From assembly GCA_963665095.1 (NCBI GenBank), contig OY762069.1, positions 3,200,001-3,264,000 on the forward strand: 64,000 nt of DNA. The letters are read 5' to 3'. Numbering within the stretch: the first letter of the stretch is position 1; the number at the start of each line of letters is the position of its first letter. The translations under genes were made by a program, and so were the position numbers. This DNA comes from an uncultured Desulfobacter sp. GTDB taxonomy: Bacteria > Desulfobacterota > Desulfobacteria > Desulfobacterales > Desulfobacteraceae. The notes under the pieces are model-generated. The model saw nothing but the letters and a program-made list of their open reading frames with translations. It was not told the DNA's origin and ran no database searches. Below are positions 10,093 to 20,965 of this stretch, piece by piece.

Positions 10093-12129
10093 TTAGAAAA
10101 ATTTTGTAAGCCGATTGCCCGGACTGATGTCGGGGCAACGGGATGTGCCGGGGGCAGTAACCTCATCCACAAGCAGGGCAATATCTTTGACCACACTCTC
10201 ACTGTCCAGCGCGGTCATGCCGTCGCCGAGCATGGTCATGCAGAAGGGACAGGCTGACGCCACAACGCCGGCCCCGGTATCAGCGGCCTGGCGGCTTCGA
10301 ACAACGTTGATCCGTTCACCTAAAGTCTCTTCCATAAACATGCGGCCGCCGCCGGCACCGCAGCACATGGCAAGATTTTTGTTATCAGCCATCTCCACAA
10401 GTGTTCCGGAACCATTGATGGCGTCCAGCACCTTGCGGGGAGATTCATAGATATCATTCCACCGGCCCAGATAGCAGGAGTCATGAAATGTCAGGATCTG
10501 TGCCAGATCGCCTGTAATCGTGAGTTTGTTGTTTTCAATCAGCTCACAGATAAAATCCACATGGGAGACCACCTTAAAATCAGCACCATATTCCGGATAT
10601 TCATTTTTAAGGGTGTTATAACAGTGGGGGCATCCGGTCAGGATCCTGTTGAACCGGTAGTTGTTCAGCGCCTCAACGTTTTCAGCAATCATCATCTGTG
10701 CCAGATACTCATTTCCGCACCGTTTTGCCATATCTCCGTTACACCTTTCTTCACTGCCCAGAATAGCAAAATCAACCCCTGCTTTCTTAAGAAGGGAGGC
10801 AATGGCTTTGGACGTTTTAATGGCCTTATCGTCAAAGGAGCCGGCACAGCCCACAAACCAGAGGATATCGGTCTCTTTCCTGTCAGCCATGAGCGGGACC
10901 TCCAGATCCCTGCACCAGTCAGCCCTGGCATCCGCACTGAACCCCCAGGGATTGGACTGGTTTTCAAGGTTGTTGAAGGTGTCCATCAGTTCGGCTGGAA
11001 ATTCCGCATGGGTAAGAACCAGGGCCCGGCGGATCTCCACCACCTTGGACACATGCTCAATGGTGGCAGGACAGACATTCTGACAGCCGCCGCAGGTGGT
11101 GCAGGCCCACAGTTCATCCTGTCCGATGGCTTCAAACAGGCTGGCCTCCGGATCATTCTGGGCAATATTGCCCAGGGTGTATATCATCTTCATGGGAGAT
11201 AACGGCTTGCCGGTGTTGAATGCCGGGCAGACATCCTGGCAGCGCATGCACGCGGTGCAGGCATCGGTGTCAAAAATATCTTTCCAGGTGAGTTCCGAAA
11301 GATTTGTGGCGCCAAAGGACTCCGCCTCTTCATCCTCAAGATCCAGGATAGACAGTTTGGCTCTAGGTTCAAGGTTTTCAAACACATAGTTCAGGAAGGT
11401 CATTATGATATGTTTTAAACGTGTAAACGGGATCAGCGCAAAAAAACCTGCCACAAGCACCATATGCGTCCACCAGAAAACCATGTGAAAACCGCGCAGG
11501 CCAGATTCGGTCATACCGGCAAAAGGCTGGGCAAACAGCAGCCCCACAGGCGACCAGTGACCAAGGGGGGTCCCAAGCTCCGTGGCTGCTATCCGGGTGC
11601 CCTCCACCAGGAACCCGGTCAAAAGAATCCCCATCAGCACGCCGTGTGCCGCAGAATCGGCAGAAGTCACAGGCAGCCCGTCCGCAGCTGTATAGCGGCG
11701 GACCAGAAGCCATGCCAGCATGGTCAGGCAGACAAGCCCTGCCACATCAAGTGCAAAGGAAAAAACCAGATAAAAGGGGCCGGTAAGAAATTTTACGCCC
11801 AAAAAAAGCGCTGTGAAATCCGCCTGCAGGAACACCAGGACCGTTCCAAGAAGCAGCACAGCAAAACCCCAGAAAAACAGGCCGTGGACCAGACCGTTTC
11901 CCGGCTTTCTCACCACTTTTTTCTGCAGAAACGCATTGGCCAGCGCTTTATATATCCGCTTGTCAAGCAGATCATTTCTCTGAAGGGGTCGTCCCTGGTT
12001 ATACATTTGAACGCGCTGTAACATATATTTGACCATCACACCGATGGCCAGAAGGGCCAACACATACATGGGGATCAGGGTAAAAGGGCCATGTCCCACA
12101 TTCCAGTAAAGTTCCCGGGTTAATTCCAT
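10093..12129 (-). CDS. Membrane-bound heterodisulfide reductase-like / FadF-like Fe-S oxidoreductase
   Basis: N-terminal NarI-like TM region, two CxxCxxCxxxCP motifs, and CCG domains (FVGC, CPHC, HDSCYLGR, CCGAGGG, CPFC). Confidence 0.9.
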   Translation of the reverse strand: MELTRELYWNVGHGPFTLIPMYVLALLAIGVMVKYMLQRVQMYNQGRPLQRNDLLDKRIYKALANAFLQKKVVRKPGNGLVHGLFFWGFAVLLLGTVLVFLQADFTALFLGVKFLTGPFYLVFSFALDVAGLVCLTMLAWLLVRRYTAADGLPVTSADSAAHGVLMGILLTGFLVEGTRIAATELGTPLGHWSPVGLLFAQPFAGMTESGLRGFHMVFWWTHMVLVAGFFALIPFTRLKHIIMTFLNYVFENLEPRAKLSILDLEDEEAESFGATNLSELTWKDIFDTDACTACMRCQDVCPAFNTGKPLSPMKMIYTLGNIAQNDPEASLFEAIGQDELWACTTCGGCQNVCPATIEHVSKVVEIRRALVLTHAEFPAELMDTFNNLENQSNPWGFSADARADWCRDLEVPLMADRKETDILWFVGCAGSFDDKAIKTSKAIASLLKKAGVDFAILGSEERCNGDMAKRCGNEYLAQMMIAENVEALNNYRFNRILTGCPHCYNTLKNEYPEYGADFKVVSHVDFICELIENNKLTITGDLAQILTFHDSCYLGRWNDIYESPRKVLDAINGSGTLVEMADNKNLAMCCGAGGGRMFMEETLGERINVVRSRQAADTGAGVVASACPFCMTMLGDGMTALDSESVVKDIALLVDEVTAPGTSRCPDISPGNRLTKFF

Positions 12130-12341
12130 TGCTCTCTCCAGTTTAAATCAAAACGGACAGAAGGCTTACAAAAAATGCGTCCTGTCCGGTGTCAGCCGCT
12201 TCAGGCGTGGTCCTGTCTGAACTGCGGTTGACATTATCACAAAAACAGAAAGGTTTTACATAAAAAACCAATCTTTGTCACGTTTTTTCAAACCAAAGAG
12301 TCCTGTGATATAAACCCGTTGTAAACAGCAGTGGTTCTTTT

Positions 12342-12779
12342 TCAAACAGGGATACCACCCAGAGCCCCGCCCCCTTTTTTTGAAGGAATTTTGAGATTGA
12401 GCTCCTCAATTTTCTGCTTGATCATTTTTAAATTAAACGGCTTGATGAGGTAGTCATTGCATCCGGCCTGAACACAGGTGATAACCACGCTGCGTTCGGA
12501 TTGGCTGGTAACCATCAGTATTTTTGCACGGTTTTTTTCAGCCACTTTTTTTTCTTCCTCCAGCGACCTGATCTCCCAGAGCGTTTCCATGCCATCCATC
12601 CCCGGCATCATGACATCCAGTGTAATCAGGTCAAACGGCACCCAGTTTGCCCAGGCCTCTTTAAAAGCGTCCAGGGCCGCCTGTCCGGAGTCCACAGCCT
12701 GGCAATCCCCCAATGATGACATGATCTTCTGCAGCTTGGACCGGCTCACCAGCTCGTCATCAGCAATTAAAATCCTCAT
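12342..12779 (-). CDS. Single-domain response regulator (CheY-like)
   Basis: ILIADD, LDVMMPGMDG, MVTS and YLIKPF motifs. Confidence 0.93.
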   Translation of the reverse strand: MRILIADDELVSRSKLQKIMSSLGDCQAVDSGQAALDAFKEAWANWVPFDLITLDVMMPGMDGMETLWEIRSLEEEKKVAEKNRAKILMVTSQSERSVVITCVQAGCNDYLIKPFNLKMIKQKIEELNLKIPSKKGGGALGGIPV

Positions 12780-12790
12780 GAAATCCCCCT

Positions 12791-15700
12791 TTATTGTAAT
12801 GGGCCTGATGATATGGACTTAACAAAATCTGACAGGCGGGCAAGCTCACTTTCAAGACGGTCCAGCAGCCCCTCCCCGTCATAAAAAACTTTGGCAGACG
12901 CCGCCTGTTCAAGCTGATAGCTTGCGGCAAACAGGTCCTGGGCAATGAGATTGGCGGCGGCCCCTTTAATGGAATGCGATTCTCTCATAATGGTGTCGGT
13001 GTCATTATCCTGCAGGGCCTGGCGCATTAATTTTACCTGTTTTTCAGCGTTTGCCAGAAACCCTGTGATCACCTCCAGCAGAAACGCCTCATCACTGCCA
13101 AACTCTTCAAGGGCTTTTCGATAATCCAGGGGCTGGTCACCATGGATCAGGCCATGGTCCTTAACCATGGCGCCGTCCTGGCTTTCAGCGTCTGCCTCCA
13201 GAGCCGCTTCGGTCGGGCCTGTTTCTTCTGGAGAGGTCCAGCGCCGGACCATTTCCAGCAGGTCCTTGCGTTTTAATGGTTTGGTGATAAAATCATCCAT
13301 TCCCGCGGCCAGGCATTTCTCCCGGTATCCTCTTAAGGCATGCGCTGTCATTGCAATGATGGGAACGGAAACACCCTTTGCCGTCTGTGTTTCAAAATTA
13401 CGGATGGCATCCGTGGCCTGGTACCCGTCCATTTCCGGCATCTGAATATCCATCAGAACAATATCATAGGCATTGTTTTTAAAGGCCTCCACCGCCTGTC
13501 TCCCGTTTTCAGCCAGATCCACGGAACACCCGGCACTTCTCAGATGGCTTAGGGCAATTTCCTGGTTGGTGGGATAGTCTTCCACCAAAAGTATCCTGGC
13601 CGTCTGCCGCCGGGCTTCCAACAGTGTGTGCCGGGTAACCAGCCGGGTCTCCTCAAAACGCGATTTGGGCGGGAATCCCATGATGGCCTGGATGGCGTTA
13701 TACAGCTCGCTTTTGCGGACAGGTTTGGTCAGGTACCCCTGGATGCCGATTTCTCTGCACGCCTTGCCATCCCCCCGTCGCCCCACCGAAGACAGAATCA
13801 GAATCGGTACGGATCCTATCCCGGGGGTTGTCCTGATATCCCGGGCCAGGTCCAGCCCGCTTTGCCCCGGCATTTGATAGTCTGCGAGAATGAGATCGTA
13901 AGGCGCGTCCAAAGCAAGGGCCTCAATCATTTGGGCAAGTGCCAGCCGGGAATCCTCAATTTCAGAAGGAACAGATCCCCAGTGCTTGAGATACTCTTTC
14001 AGAATAAACCGGTTGCTGGGCATATTGCTGACAATTAAAACCTTCAGCCCGTCCAGGCTGACAACCTTTTTAGCCGCCTTTTTATCCTGTTTCGCCTTAA
14101 CGCGCTGGAAAAATACGTTAAAACTGAATGTACTTCCCTTTCCCTCAACACTGTCGAGCGTAATCCGCCCCCCCATGATTTCAACCAGCTGCTTGCAAAT
14201 GGTGATGCCAAGGCCGGTGCCGCCGTATTTTCTGGTGGTGGAACCGTCCACCTGGGTAAAACTGTCAAAAATAGTATGTTGTTTGTCCGGTGAGATACCA
14301 ATACCTGTATCCGTGACAGAGCATCGAATTTCTATGTCACCGCCCTTCTCCACACCAGTCTCCACCTTCAAAAAAATCTCCCCCTCGTGGGTAAATTTCA
14401 CTGCGTTTCCCGTCAGGTTCAACAAAATCTGCCGCAGCCGCCCGGGATCGCCAATGACGCTCTCCGGCATATCGTTGGAGATAAAGGTGACCACCTCCAG
14501 CCCCTTTCGTTCCGCCTGCCAGGTAAGACTGCAGGCCAGATCCTCCACCAGCACCCGAATATTGAAAGGGATCATTTCAAGTTCCAGCATGCCGGCCTCA
14601 ATCTTTGAAAAATCAAGAATGTCGTTTACAATTCTTAACAGGGAATCCGCCTCTGTGCTGATGACCTGGATGGTATTCCGGGCCTGGTAGTTCAAATCAC
14701 TGTCCATGGCCAGCTCCGCCATCCCGATAATCCCGTTTAACGGTGTGCGGATCTCGTGGCTCATGTTGGCCAGGAAATCACCTTTGGCTTTGCTGGCCGC
14801 CTCTGCCATCACCGTTGCCTTTTTGAGTTCCTCATTGGACTGCTTGAGTTCAAAGGTCCGGTCCTCCACCCGCTGCTCAAGTTCAAGATGAATCTGCTGA
14901 AGCGCTTCTTCTGCTTTTTTCCGCTCCTCAATCTCCTGGGTCAGTTTTTGATTTGTTCTGACCTGATCCGCCATCAGCCGGGATTTTGTTTTGTCCGCTG
15001 CTGACAAAGAGACCGCCATTTCATTAAAAGAACGCGCCAGTCTGCCGATCTCGTCCCAAGAATAAACATTAATGTGCTGGTCCAGTTCCCCCTGGCGAAT
15101 GGCTTCAGCGCCTCGGGTAAGACGCTGCAGCGGCTGAAGCATCCGGAAAATATAAAAACTGAGCACCAGCAACAGCAGCAGGTCAAGGGCCGCCGTGGAT
15201 ATGAACAGGATACGCTTGTTTTCCTTTACCACACGTTCAATCAACCCCCATGTCTGTTCGTTGAAATGAGTGACAGTTTCCATCTGCCGGGTGATGCTTT
15301 TTTCGATATTGGTCTTTGAGACCATGGCGGCCTTGTGAAAATCTTTTACATTGGCACCCAGTGTCACATACCCGAATCCCAGCCCGGACTGCCCATATTG
15401 TCCGGTATAATAGGGAATGGCGGCATAGGTGGTCAGTTTCCAAAGCCCGCTCCAAAAAATCAGAAAGGAGCCGGAACCACCCTTCTGCGCCCCCCTGATC
15501 CACCCCTGGCACTGGGGCGCCATATCCAGCACTTTACAGCACAGCGGAATCCGGCCGGATTGGATCTGTTCCCGGGCTGGTTTTTTCTTAAAGCTGAAAT
15601 CCCTGAAAGGCGGAAGATTCTGGATAAAATCATCCAGCACTAAGCCGCTTTTCATATATTCATCATAGGTCTGCTGGCTCAGCCAGCCCGGCACTTTTCT

Positions 15701-16756
15701 GCCGGTGTCAGGATCAAACCCGTATATAAAAAAATCCCGGGGATGCGAAATACACTGCCCCTGATTATCCCACAGCCAGGCATAATTCCCGGAACCGGCA
15801 TCAGAGATATCTGAGAACCGCTCTTCAGTGGGGACCACATGATCCGTGAATTCCATGATATGGGTATGGTCCAGGGCCATTGTCACGTACCCTGTTTTTA
15901 CCCCCTTCTCGTCATATACCGGCGTTGCCCACCGGACAATTCCTTCAAACCGCTTTCCACCTGGATTTTCCTTGCCCGCGTACGCGCTTTCAGGTGCAAT
16001 GTCAACGCCCTGGGAAGTGAGCTCAAGCCAGCCCGGTGTATAGGCGCCAATCACATTGGAGACATAAATATCCCCCTGCCCCAGGGTCCCCAGGGTCTGA
16101 AAATAATCCTCCGCCCGGCAATAGGTGTTTCTTTTATCGCTGATGTCTCTCAAATCAGTGGAAATCTTTCCGTCAGTAATTTTAATCTGCTCTTTGCCGG
16201 TAAGATCCACCAGGGTGATCTCCCGGTATAAGGGCCGCAACTCGGTTTTAAATCCCAGCGGGGGACAATTTCGCCACGACTTTTTATTGTCAGGATTTTC
16301 CCACTCAACAGGGGGCTGTTCAGGGGGGCGGGTATTCCGTGGCCAGGGTCCGGGGATCACAACCTGTCGTTGATGAAGCCTGTACACCAGTTGATACGCC
16401 TTTGGCTCAGGCCGCATGCATGCCAGCGTAAGAAGGTCCTGATCTCTTTCATAAAGAAAATCCGCCAGCCGCATCGCCAGTTCCTGGGTCCTTAACTCAA
16501 TGGCCTCTGTGGATTTCTCATCCAGCCCCCGCACACTGTCCTTAATAGCTGATTCGCTGATTTGCTTTTCTGAGAACAGGTAGCTTTTACCCATCTCTTC
16601 AACCCGCTGGATAATCTGGGCATCGGTATTTTCTAATTTTCTACTGACAGCCTGATATAACAGGAACAGATGGGCGATCAATAAAATGGTTACCAAAATA
16701 ATAACTTTGGAAAGTAACCTTAATCGGATCTTGCGTTTTTGTACATCAATGACCAT
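12791..16756 (-). CDS. Hybrid sensor histidine kinase (periplasmic sensor-HAMP-HisKA-HATPase-2xREC-Hpt)
   Basis: FLANMSHEIRTPLNG, LLNLTGNAVKFT, DTGIGI and GGTGLG motifs, two receiver domains, and an Hpt HSIKGAAANL. Confidence 0.95.
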   Translation of the reverse strand: MVIDVQKRKIRLRLLSKVIILVTILLIAHLFLLYQAVSRKLENTDAQIIQRVEEMGKSYLFSEKQISESAIKDSVRGLDEKSTEAIELRTQELAMRLADFLYERDQDLLTLACMRPEPKAYQLVYRLHQRQVVIPGPWPRNTRPPEQPPVEWENPDNKKSWRNCPPLGFKTELRPLYREITLVDLTGKEQIKITDGKISTDLRDISDKRNTYCRAEDYFQTLGTLGQGDIYVSNVIGAYTPGWLELTSQGVDIAPESAYAGKENPGGKRFEGIVRWATPVYDEKGVKTGYVTMALDHTHIMEFTDHVVPTEERFSDISDAGSGNYAWLWDNQGQCISHPRDFFIYGFDPDTGRKVPGWLSQQTYDEYMKSGLVLDDFIQNLPPFRDFSFKKKPAREQIQSGRIPLCCKVLDMAPQCQGWIRGAQKGGSGSFLIFWSGLWKLTTYAAIPYYTGQYGQSGLGFGYVTLGANVKDFHKAAMVSKTNIEKSITRQMETVTHFNEQTWGLIERVVKENKRILFISTAALDLLLLLVLSFYIFRMLQPLQRLTRGAEAIRQGELDQHINVYSWDEIGRLARSFNEMAVSLSAADKTKSRLMADQVRTNQKLTQEIEERKKAEEALQQIHLELEQRVEDRTFELKQSNEELKKATVMAEAASKAKGDFLANMSHEIRTPLNGIIGMAELAMDSDLNYQARNTIQVISTEADSLLRIVNDILDFSKIEAGMLELEMIPFNIRVLVEDLACSLTWQAERKGLEVVTFISNDMPESVIGDPGRLRQILLNLTGNAVKFTHEGEIFLKVETGVEKGGDIEIRCSVTDTGIGISPDKQHTIFDSFTQVDGSTTRKYGGTGLGITICKQLVEIMGGRITLDSVEGKGSTFSFNVFFQRVKAKQDKKAAKKVVSLDGLKVLIVSNMPSNRFILKEYLKHWGSVPSEIEDSRLALAQMIEALALDAPYDLILADYQMPGQSGLDLARDIRTTPGIGSVPILILSSVGRRGDGKACREIGIQGYLTKPVRKSELYNAIQAIMGFPPKSRFEETRLVTRHTLLEARRQTARILLVEDYPTNQEIALSHLRSAGCSVDLAENGRQAVEAFKNNAYDIVLMDIQMPEMDGYQATDAIRNFETQTAKGVSVPIIAMTAHALRGYREKCLAAGMDDFITKPLKRKDLLEMVRRWTSPEETGPTEAALEADAESQDGAMVKDHGLIHGDQPLDYRKALEEFGSDEAFLLEVITGFLANAEKQVKLMRQALQDNDTDTIMRESHSIKGAAANLIAQDLFAASYQLEQAASAKVFYDGEGLLDRLESELARLSDFVKSISSGPLQ

Positions 16757-16802
16757 AGGAAAACATATATCCTTTTGTTTCGGGAATTCTTAACTTTGGG
16801 TT

Positions 16803-16840
16803 TCTGATACTAAGTATAGAATCTGATACTAAGTATAGAA
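16803..16840. repeat. Perfect 19-bp tandem duplication TCTGATACTAAGTATAGAA x2
   Basis: Read directly at 16803-16821 and 16822-16840, upstream of the kinase; each unit contains the palindrome ATACT-A-AGTAT. Confidence 0.9.
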
Positions 16841-16963
16841 TAAGTTGCGATTTTTACAAGGCACGCATAAAAACGGATTCCGGCCAATGTCCGGCATCGT
16901 AATAATCATGGTGATCCGGCAGGAATTATTTTGCAAAATGTGATAGGGAATACGGGATGTTAC

Positions 16964-18295
16964 CTAATTTCGTTCCTTTGCGCTCTGCTTAATAGCCAGC
17001 CACGCCTCAAGTCGCTGTTTCACGGTTCGCTCATATCCTCTGGATGTGGGAAAATAGAATCGTGCTTCTGCAAGTTCTTCCGGCAGATAGGACTGGGGCG
17101 CATACCCGTCTTTGTAGTCATGGGCGTATTTGTATCCGCTGCCGTACCCCATCTGTTTCATCAGTTTTGTGGGCGCGTTGCGGATGTGCATGGGGACCGG
17201 GAGGGACCCGTGCTTTTTGACCGCCTCCTGAATCTGGTGCTGGGCCGCATAGACGGCATTGCTTTTAGGGGCTGTGGCAAGATAGACAGCCGCCTGGTAC
17301 AAGGACCCGTCGCCCTCGGGCCTGCCAAGTCTGCGAAAGGAGGCATCTGCCGCCATCACCATGGTCAGGGCGCCGGGATCGGCAAGCCCGACATCCTCGG
17401 TGGCCAGCCGGATCATCCTGCGAAGGATATAGATAGGATCATCCCCTGCGGCCAGCATCCGCTCCATCCAGTACATGGCCCCATCCGGGTCACTTCCCCG
17501 AAGGCTTTTGATGAAGGCGGAAATCAGGTTAAAATGCTCCTCCCCGGCCTTATCATGCCGCAGGGCTTTTTTAGCGGCCATGGCCTCGATATCTGCCACA
17601 TCCAGAGGCGCGCTGCCTTTCCGGTTCAGCACACAGGTCTCAAGGCTGGTCAGGGCAAACCGGGCATCTCCATCTGACACGGCAGCAATGTAAGCAAACG
17701 CCTCCGGCGTCAGGGTCTCCAAAGCAAGGCCCAACCCTTTATCTGAATCTGTCAAACCCCTCTTTAAAATCCTGACCAGGGCATCATCACTCAAACTTTT
17801 CAGGGTAAAGACCCGGCATCGGGACACAAGGGCCGGATTGACCTCAAAGGAGGGGTTTTCCGTGGTGGCACCAATCAGGGTGATCAGGCCGTTTTCCACA
17901 TGGAAAAGAAAGGCATCCTGCTGGGATTTATTAAACCGGTGAATTTCGTCCACGAAAAGCAGGGTCCGCTTCCGGTGAAGCCGCTGCCGCTCCTTGGCCT
18001 GCTCAATAATCTGTCTGACCTCTTTAACCCCGGACAGCACTGCAGAAATGGTCACGCACTCGTTTTTTGTCTGTTTGGCAATCACATTGGCCAAAGTGGT
18101 TTTCCCGCATCCGGGTGGGCCCCACAGGATCATGGAAAATACCCGGTCATTGGACACGGTCTGTTCGAGCAAAGAGCCCTTGGCCGTAATATGCTCCTGG
18201 CCCATGACCTCTTCGAGACGTTCGGGTCGCATGCGGTCCGCTAAAGGGGCGGTTTTGTGAATGTCCTGCCCGGATGTCTGGTCAAACAGGTCCAT
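16964..18295 (-). CDS. rarA: Replication-associated recombination protein A (AAA+ ATPase)
   Basis: [54 protein letters not shown] and GYKYAHD motifs. Confidence 0.96.
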   Translation of the reverse strand: MDLFDQTSGQDIHKTAPLADRMRPERLEEVMGQEHITAKGSLLEQTVSNDRVFSMILWGPPGCGKTTLANVIAKQTKNECVTISAVLSGVKEVRQIIEQAKERQRLHRKRTLLFVDEIHRFNKSQQDAFLFHVENGLITLIGATTENPSFEVNPALVSRCRVFTLKSLSDDALVRILKRGLTDSDKGLGLALETLTPEAFAYIAAVSDGDARFALTSLETCVLNRKGSAPLDVADIEAMAAKKALRHDKAGEEHFNLISAFIKSLRGSDPDGAMYWMERMLAAGDDPIYILRRMIRLATEDVGLADPGALTMVMAADASFRRLGRPEGDGSLYQAAVYLATAPKSNAVYAAQHQIQEAVKKHGSLPVPMHIRNAPTKLMKQMGYGSGYKYAHDYKDGYAPQSYLPEELAEARFYFPTSRGYERTVKQRLEAWLAIKQSAKERN

Positions 18296-19758
18296 TAGAA
18301 TGCGTTCTTCCGGTCCCGTTCACGTTTTTTGCGGCTCTGTTCCTTGCGCTGCTTGGCCCGCTTGTCTGTGATCTTTTGCTTTTTGGCCTGGATGCGCCGG
18401 AACTCTTTGGTGTTACCGGTAAATTCCATTTTCCCGGTTTTTTCCCGGAAATAGAGCTTGATGGGGGTCAGGGTCAACGGCACCATCTGGCGCAGCTGGT
18501 TGACAAGGTAGCGTTTATAAGAGAAGTGAACCGCATTGGGATAGTTGACAAAACAGACAAAGGTGGGTGGTTTGACTGCCACCTGGGAGGAATAAAAAAA
18601 CTTAAGCCTGCGCCCCTTGTGCAAAGAGGGCTCCTCCCGGTAGACCGCATCCTCAACGATCCGGTTCACCATGCCGGTGTTCACGCGGTGGCTGTACTCC
18701 TTGAACACCTTTTCCACTTCATCAAAAATCTTGTGGCAGCGCTGGCCGGTCTTGGCGGAGATGGTGATGGCCGGGGCAAAAGATAAAAACCGGGCCTTGT
18801 CCCGCAGTTCTTTCATAAAAGCCTGCTGACCCTTTTCCGATTTGTCCACAAGATCCCATTTATTGAGCAGAAAAATGGCGCCGCACCCTCTTTTTTCCGC
18901 ATACCCTGCAATGGTGACATCCTGTTCCGTGATCCCTTCGGAACAGTCAATGAGAATCAGGGCCACATCACAGTCTTCCATGCTGTCCAGGGCCTTGATT
19001 ACGGAAAACTTTTCAAGCTTGTCCTTGACCTTGCCCTTGCGGCGGATCCCGGCCGTATCCTTTAATACAAAGGTGCGGTCCTTGCGGGTAACAGTAAGCT
19101 CAATGGCATCCCGTGTGGTCCCGGCCGCTTCATTGACCACCACGCGCTGCTCACCGAAAAGCCGGTTGGCAAGAGAGGATTTCCCCACATTGGGCCGGCC
19201 GATAATGGCAATGCGGATGGGGGCGTTGTCATCATCTTCGCCTTCAGCCAGATCATCAGACTCAGGAAAATCCGCCACCAGATCGGAAAGAAAGTCCCCT
19301 ACCCCCAGGCCATGCTCGGCAGAGACTTTGTAAAACCGGTCCACGCCCAGGGTAAAAAATTCGCCCAGGTCATGTTCCTGCTGCTGCAGGCTTTCAATCT
19401 TATTGATCAGGTAAAACACCTGTTTTTCCGTCCGGCGCAGGATATCGGCAAGCTCCCGGTCATAGGGGGAGAGCCCGGCCCGGCCGTCCAGAATAAATAC
19501 CAGGGCATCGGCCTGGTCCACGGCGGCCAGCAGCTGGTCCTTAATCTGGGAGGCAAAGGTGTCGTCATCCGTGCTTAAAAAGCCGCCGGTATCCACCAGG
19601 GTAAACGCCTTATCATCCCACAGCGCATCGGCATACTGCCGGTCCCGGGTGACACCGGGCATATCATCCACCAGGGCCTGACGGGACCGTGTAATCCTGT
19701 TAAACAGGGTGGATTTTCCAACATTGGGCCGGCCCACAAGGGCCACAACCGGTTTCAT
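18295..19758 (-). CDS. der: Ribosome biogenesis GTPase Der (EngA)
   Basis: Two G-domains (GRPNVGKS x2, DTGG/DTAG, NKIE/NKWD) and a KH-like C-terminus with PPTF. Confidence 0.97.
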   Translation of the reverse strand: MKPVVALVGRPNVGKSTLFNRITRSRQALVDDMPGVTRDRQYADALWDDKAFTLVDTGGFLSTDDDTFASQIKDQLLAAVDQADALVFILDGRAGLSPYDRELADILRRTEKQVFYLINKIESLQQQEHDLGEFFTLGVDRFYKVSAEHGLGVGDFLSDLVADFPESDDLAEGEDDDNAPIRIAIIGRPNVGKSSLANRLFGEQRVVVNEAAGTTRDAIELTVTRKDRTFVLKDTAGIRRKGKVKDKLEKFSVIKALDSMEDCDVALILIDCSEGITEQDVTIAGYAEKRGCGAIFLLNKWDLVDKSEKGQQAFMKELRDKARFLSFAPAITISAKTGQRCHKIFDEVEKVFKEYSHRVNTGMVNRIVEDAVYREEPSLHKGRRLKFFYSSQVAVKPPTFVCFVNYPNAVHFSYKRYLVNQLRQMVPLTLTPIKLYFREKTGKMEFTGNTKEFRRIQAKKQKITDKRAKQRKEQSRKKRERDRKNAF

Positions 19759-19856
19759 ATCTGCATCTCCCGGACATCTTGAATGGGGTTAATAAATCCG
19801 GGTATTATACACCAATGAACCAATTTAATGAATATGGGAAATTTGTATAATAATAT

Positions 19857-20219
19857 TTGAACTGCCTGCAGATCATGCCTGAGACATTTGAAGAGATTAA
19901 ATATAAAAATGCATCAATAAAGGGGTCTTCCCAGCAGCCGAAATGGAATATAGCCGCCGGTATCTGCTATGACCGTGCCATCTGGAAAATCTGGAAGGCC
20001 AAAAGGCCGTTTACAGATAAACTTGGCTTTATGTTCGGTTCCTACAATGCCGGTAAAGGCAATATTCTTAAAGCCCAGAAGCTTGCGGAAAAAAACGGCA
20101 TGAACCCCAACCTGTGGGGCTCAATAAAAAAAACACTGCCGAAGGTAACAGGCAGCCACAGTAAAGAAACCATTGGATACGTGGATAAAATTAACAAGGT
20201 AAAAGAGGTCTTAAAATAA
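19857..20219 (+). pseudogene. 5'-truncated SLT-domain lytic transglycosylase
   Basis: QIMPET, WNIAAG, SYNAG and ETIGYV motifs are present; the catalytic E-S motif and signal peptide are absent; upstream DNA is AT-rich and non-coding. Confidence 0.7.
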
Positions 20220-20530
20220 TGGAAGCAGGCATCATTATTGCCAATTTTTTATATGCCGTATTCGGGGCGATCCTTACGCTGATCTTTATGCTGGCAGGGT
20301 TCAAACTCTTTGACCGCATGACCCCGTTTGACACATCAAAACAATTGTCCGACAATAATATTGCCGTGGGCATTGTTGTCGGTTCCATTTTCATTGGGCT
20401 TGGTATTGCCGTGGGGCTTGTTATCGGCATGGGGCTTTTGTACTTTTATTGCGGGCCAAATCACAATGCCCCCCGTCACCCCATGGCTGTGATACAGACC
20501 AGACCATCGCACATCGCATTTTTTTCGTAA
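20219..20530 (+). CDS. DUF350-like membrane protein with an aberrant C-terminal extension
   Basis: FDRMTPFD..QL..NNIAVGIVVGSIFIG motif; after GMGL the frame runs into the convergent gene. Confidence 0.75.
   Translation: MEAGIIIANFLYAVFGAILTLIFMLAGFKLFDRMTPFDTSKQLSDNNIAVGIVVGSIFIGLGIAVGLVIGMGLLYFYCGPNHNAPRHPMAVIQTRPSHIAFFS
20338..20431 (+). repeat. Left copy of a 94-bp degenerate direct repeat (DUF350 3' end)
   Basis: 79/94 identical to 22315-22408 by manual alignment. Confidence 0.85.
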
Positions 20531-20952
20531 CTTCCTGTCAGGTAGACCTTGTCAGCCGGCCTGGCATATCGGATGTAAAAATGAAAGTCCCGAAGCCTGG
20601 AATAAAAGTGGGAAAACACCAGCTTATCGGTTTCCAGATTGACCCGGCATTGATTGAGCAGGTGAAAGACACCTGCGGCATGATGAACCATCAGATAAAA
20701 ACAGGCAGCTGACAGGTATTTGCAGTTTATCTGTCTGTACAGTTCCGGATAAAATCTGGAGACATAGAGGCTGTCTGAAAAAACTTCATGGGAAACGATC
20801 AGCGCTTTTGAAATCTGTATTCCTGTCTGCCTGTCGCAAAGAAAATATTCCATACAGGTGTCATCCCTGGAAAAGGTGAGTATATAACGATTGTTCAGTT
20901 TGGGAATCTGCTGACTTAAAAAATCATTGTTTTCGGTTTCTGCTATGATCAT
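20476..20952 (-). CDS. Hypothetical protein, possibly a degenerate GNAT-like fold
   Basis: ORF with an AGAGGA RBS; the YLSAACFYLM...LET...FYSRL pattern is loosely reminiscent of GNAT motifs A/B. Confidence 0.6.
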   Translation of the reverse strand: MIIAETENNDFLSQQIPKLNNRYILTFSRDDTCMEYFLCDRQTGIQISKALIVSHEVFSDSLYVSRFYPELYRQINCKYLSAACFYLMVHHAAGVFHLLNQCRVNLETDKLVFSHFYSRLRDFHFYIRYARPADKVYLTGSYEKNAMCDGLVCITAMG

Positions 20953-20965
20953 TTTAAACGTCCTC

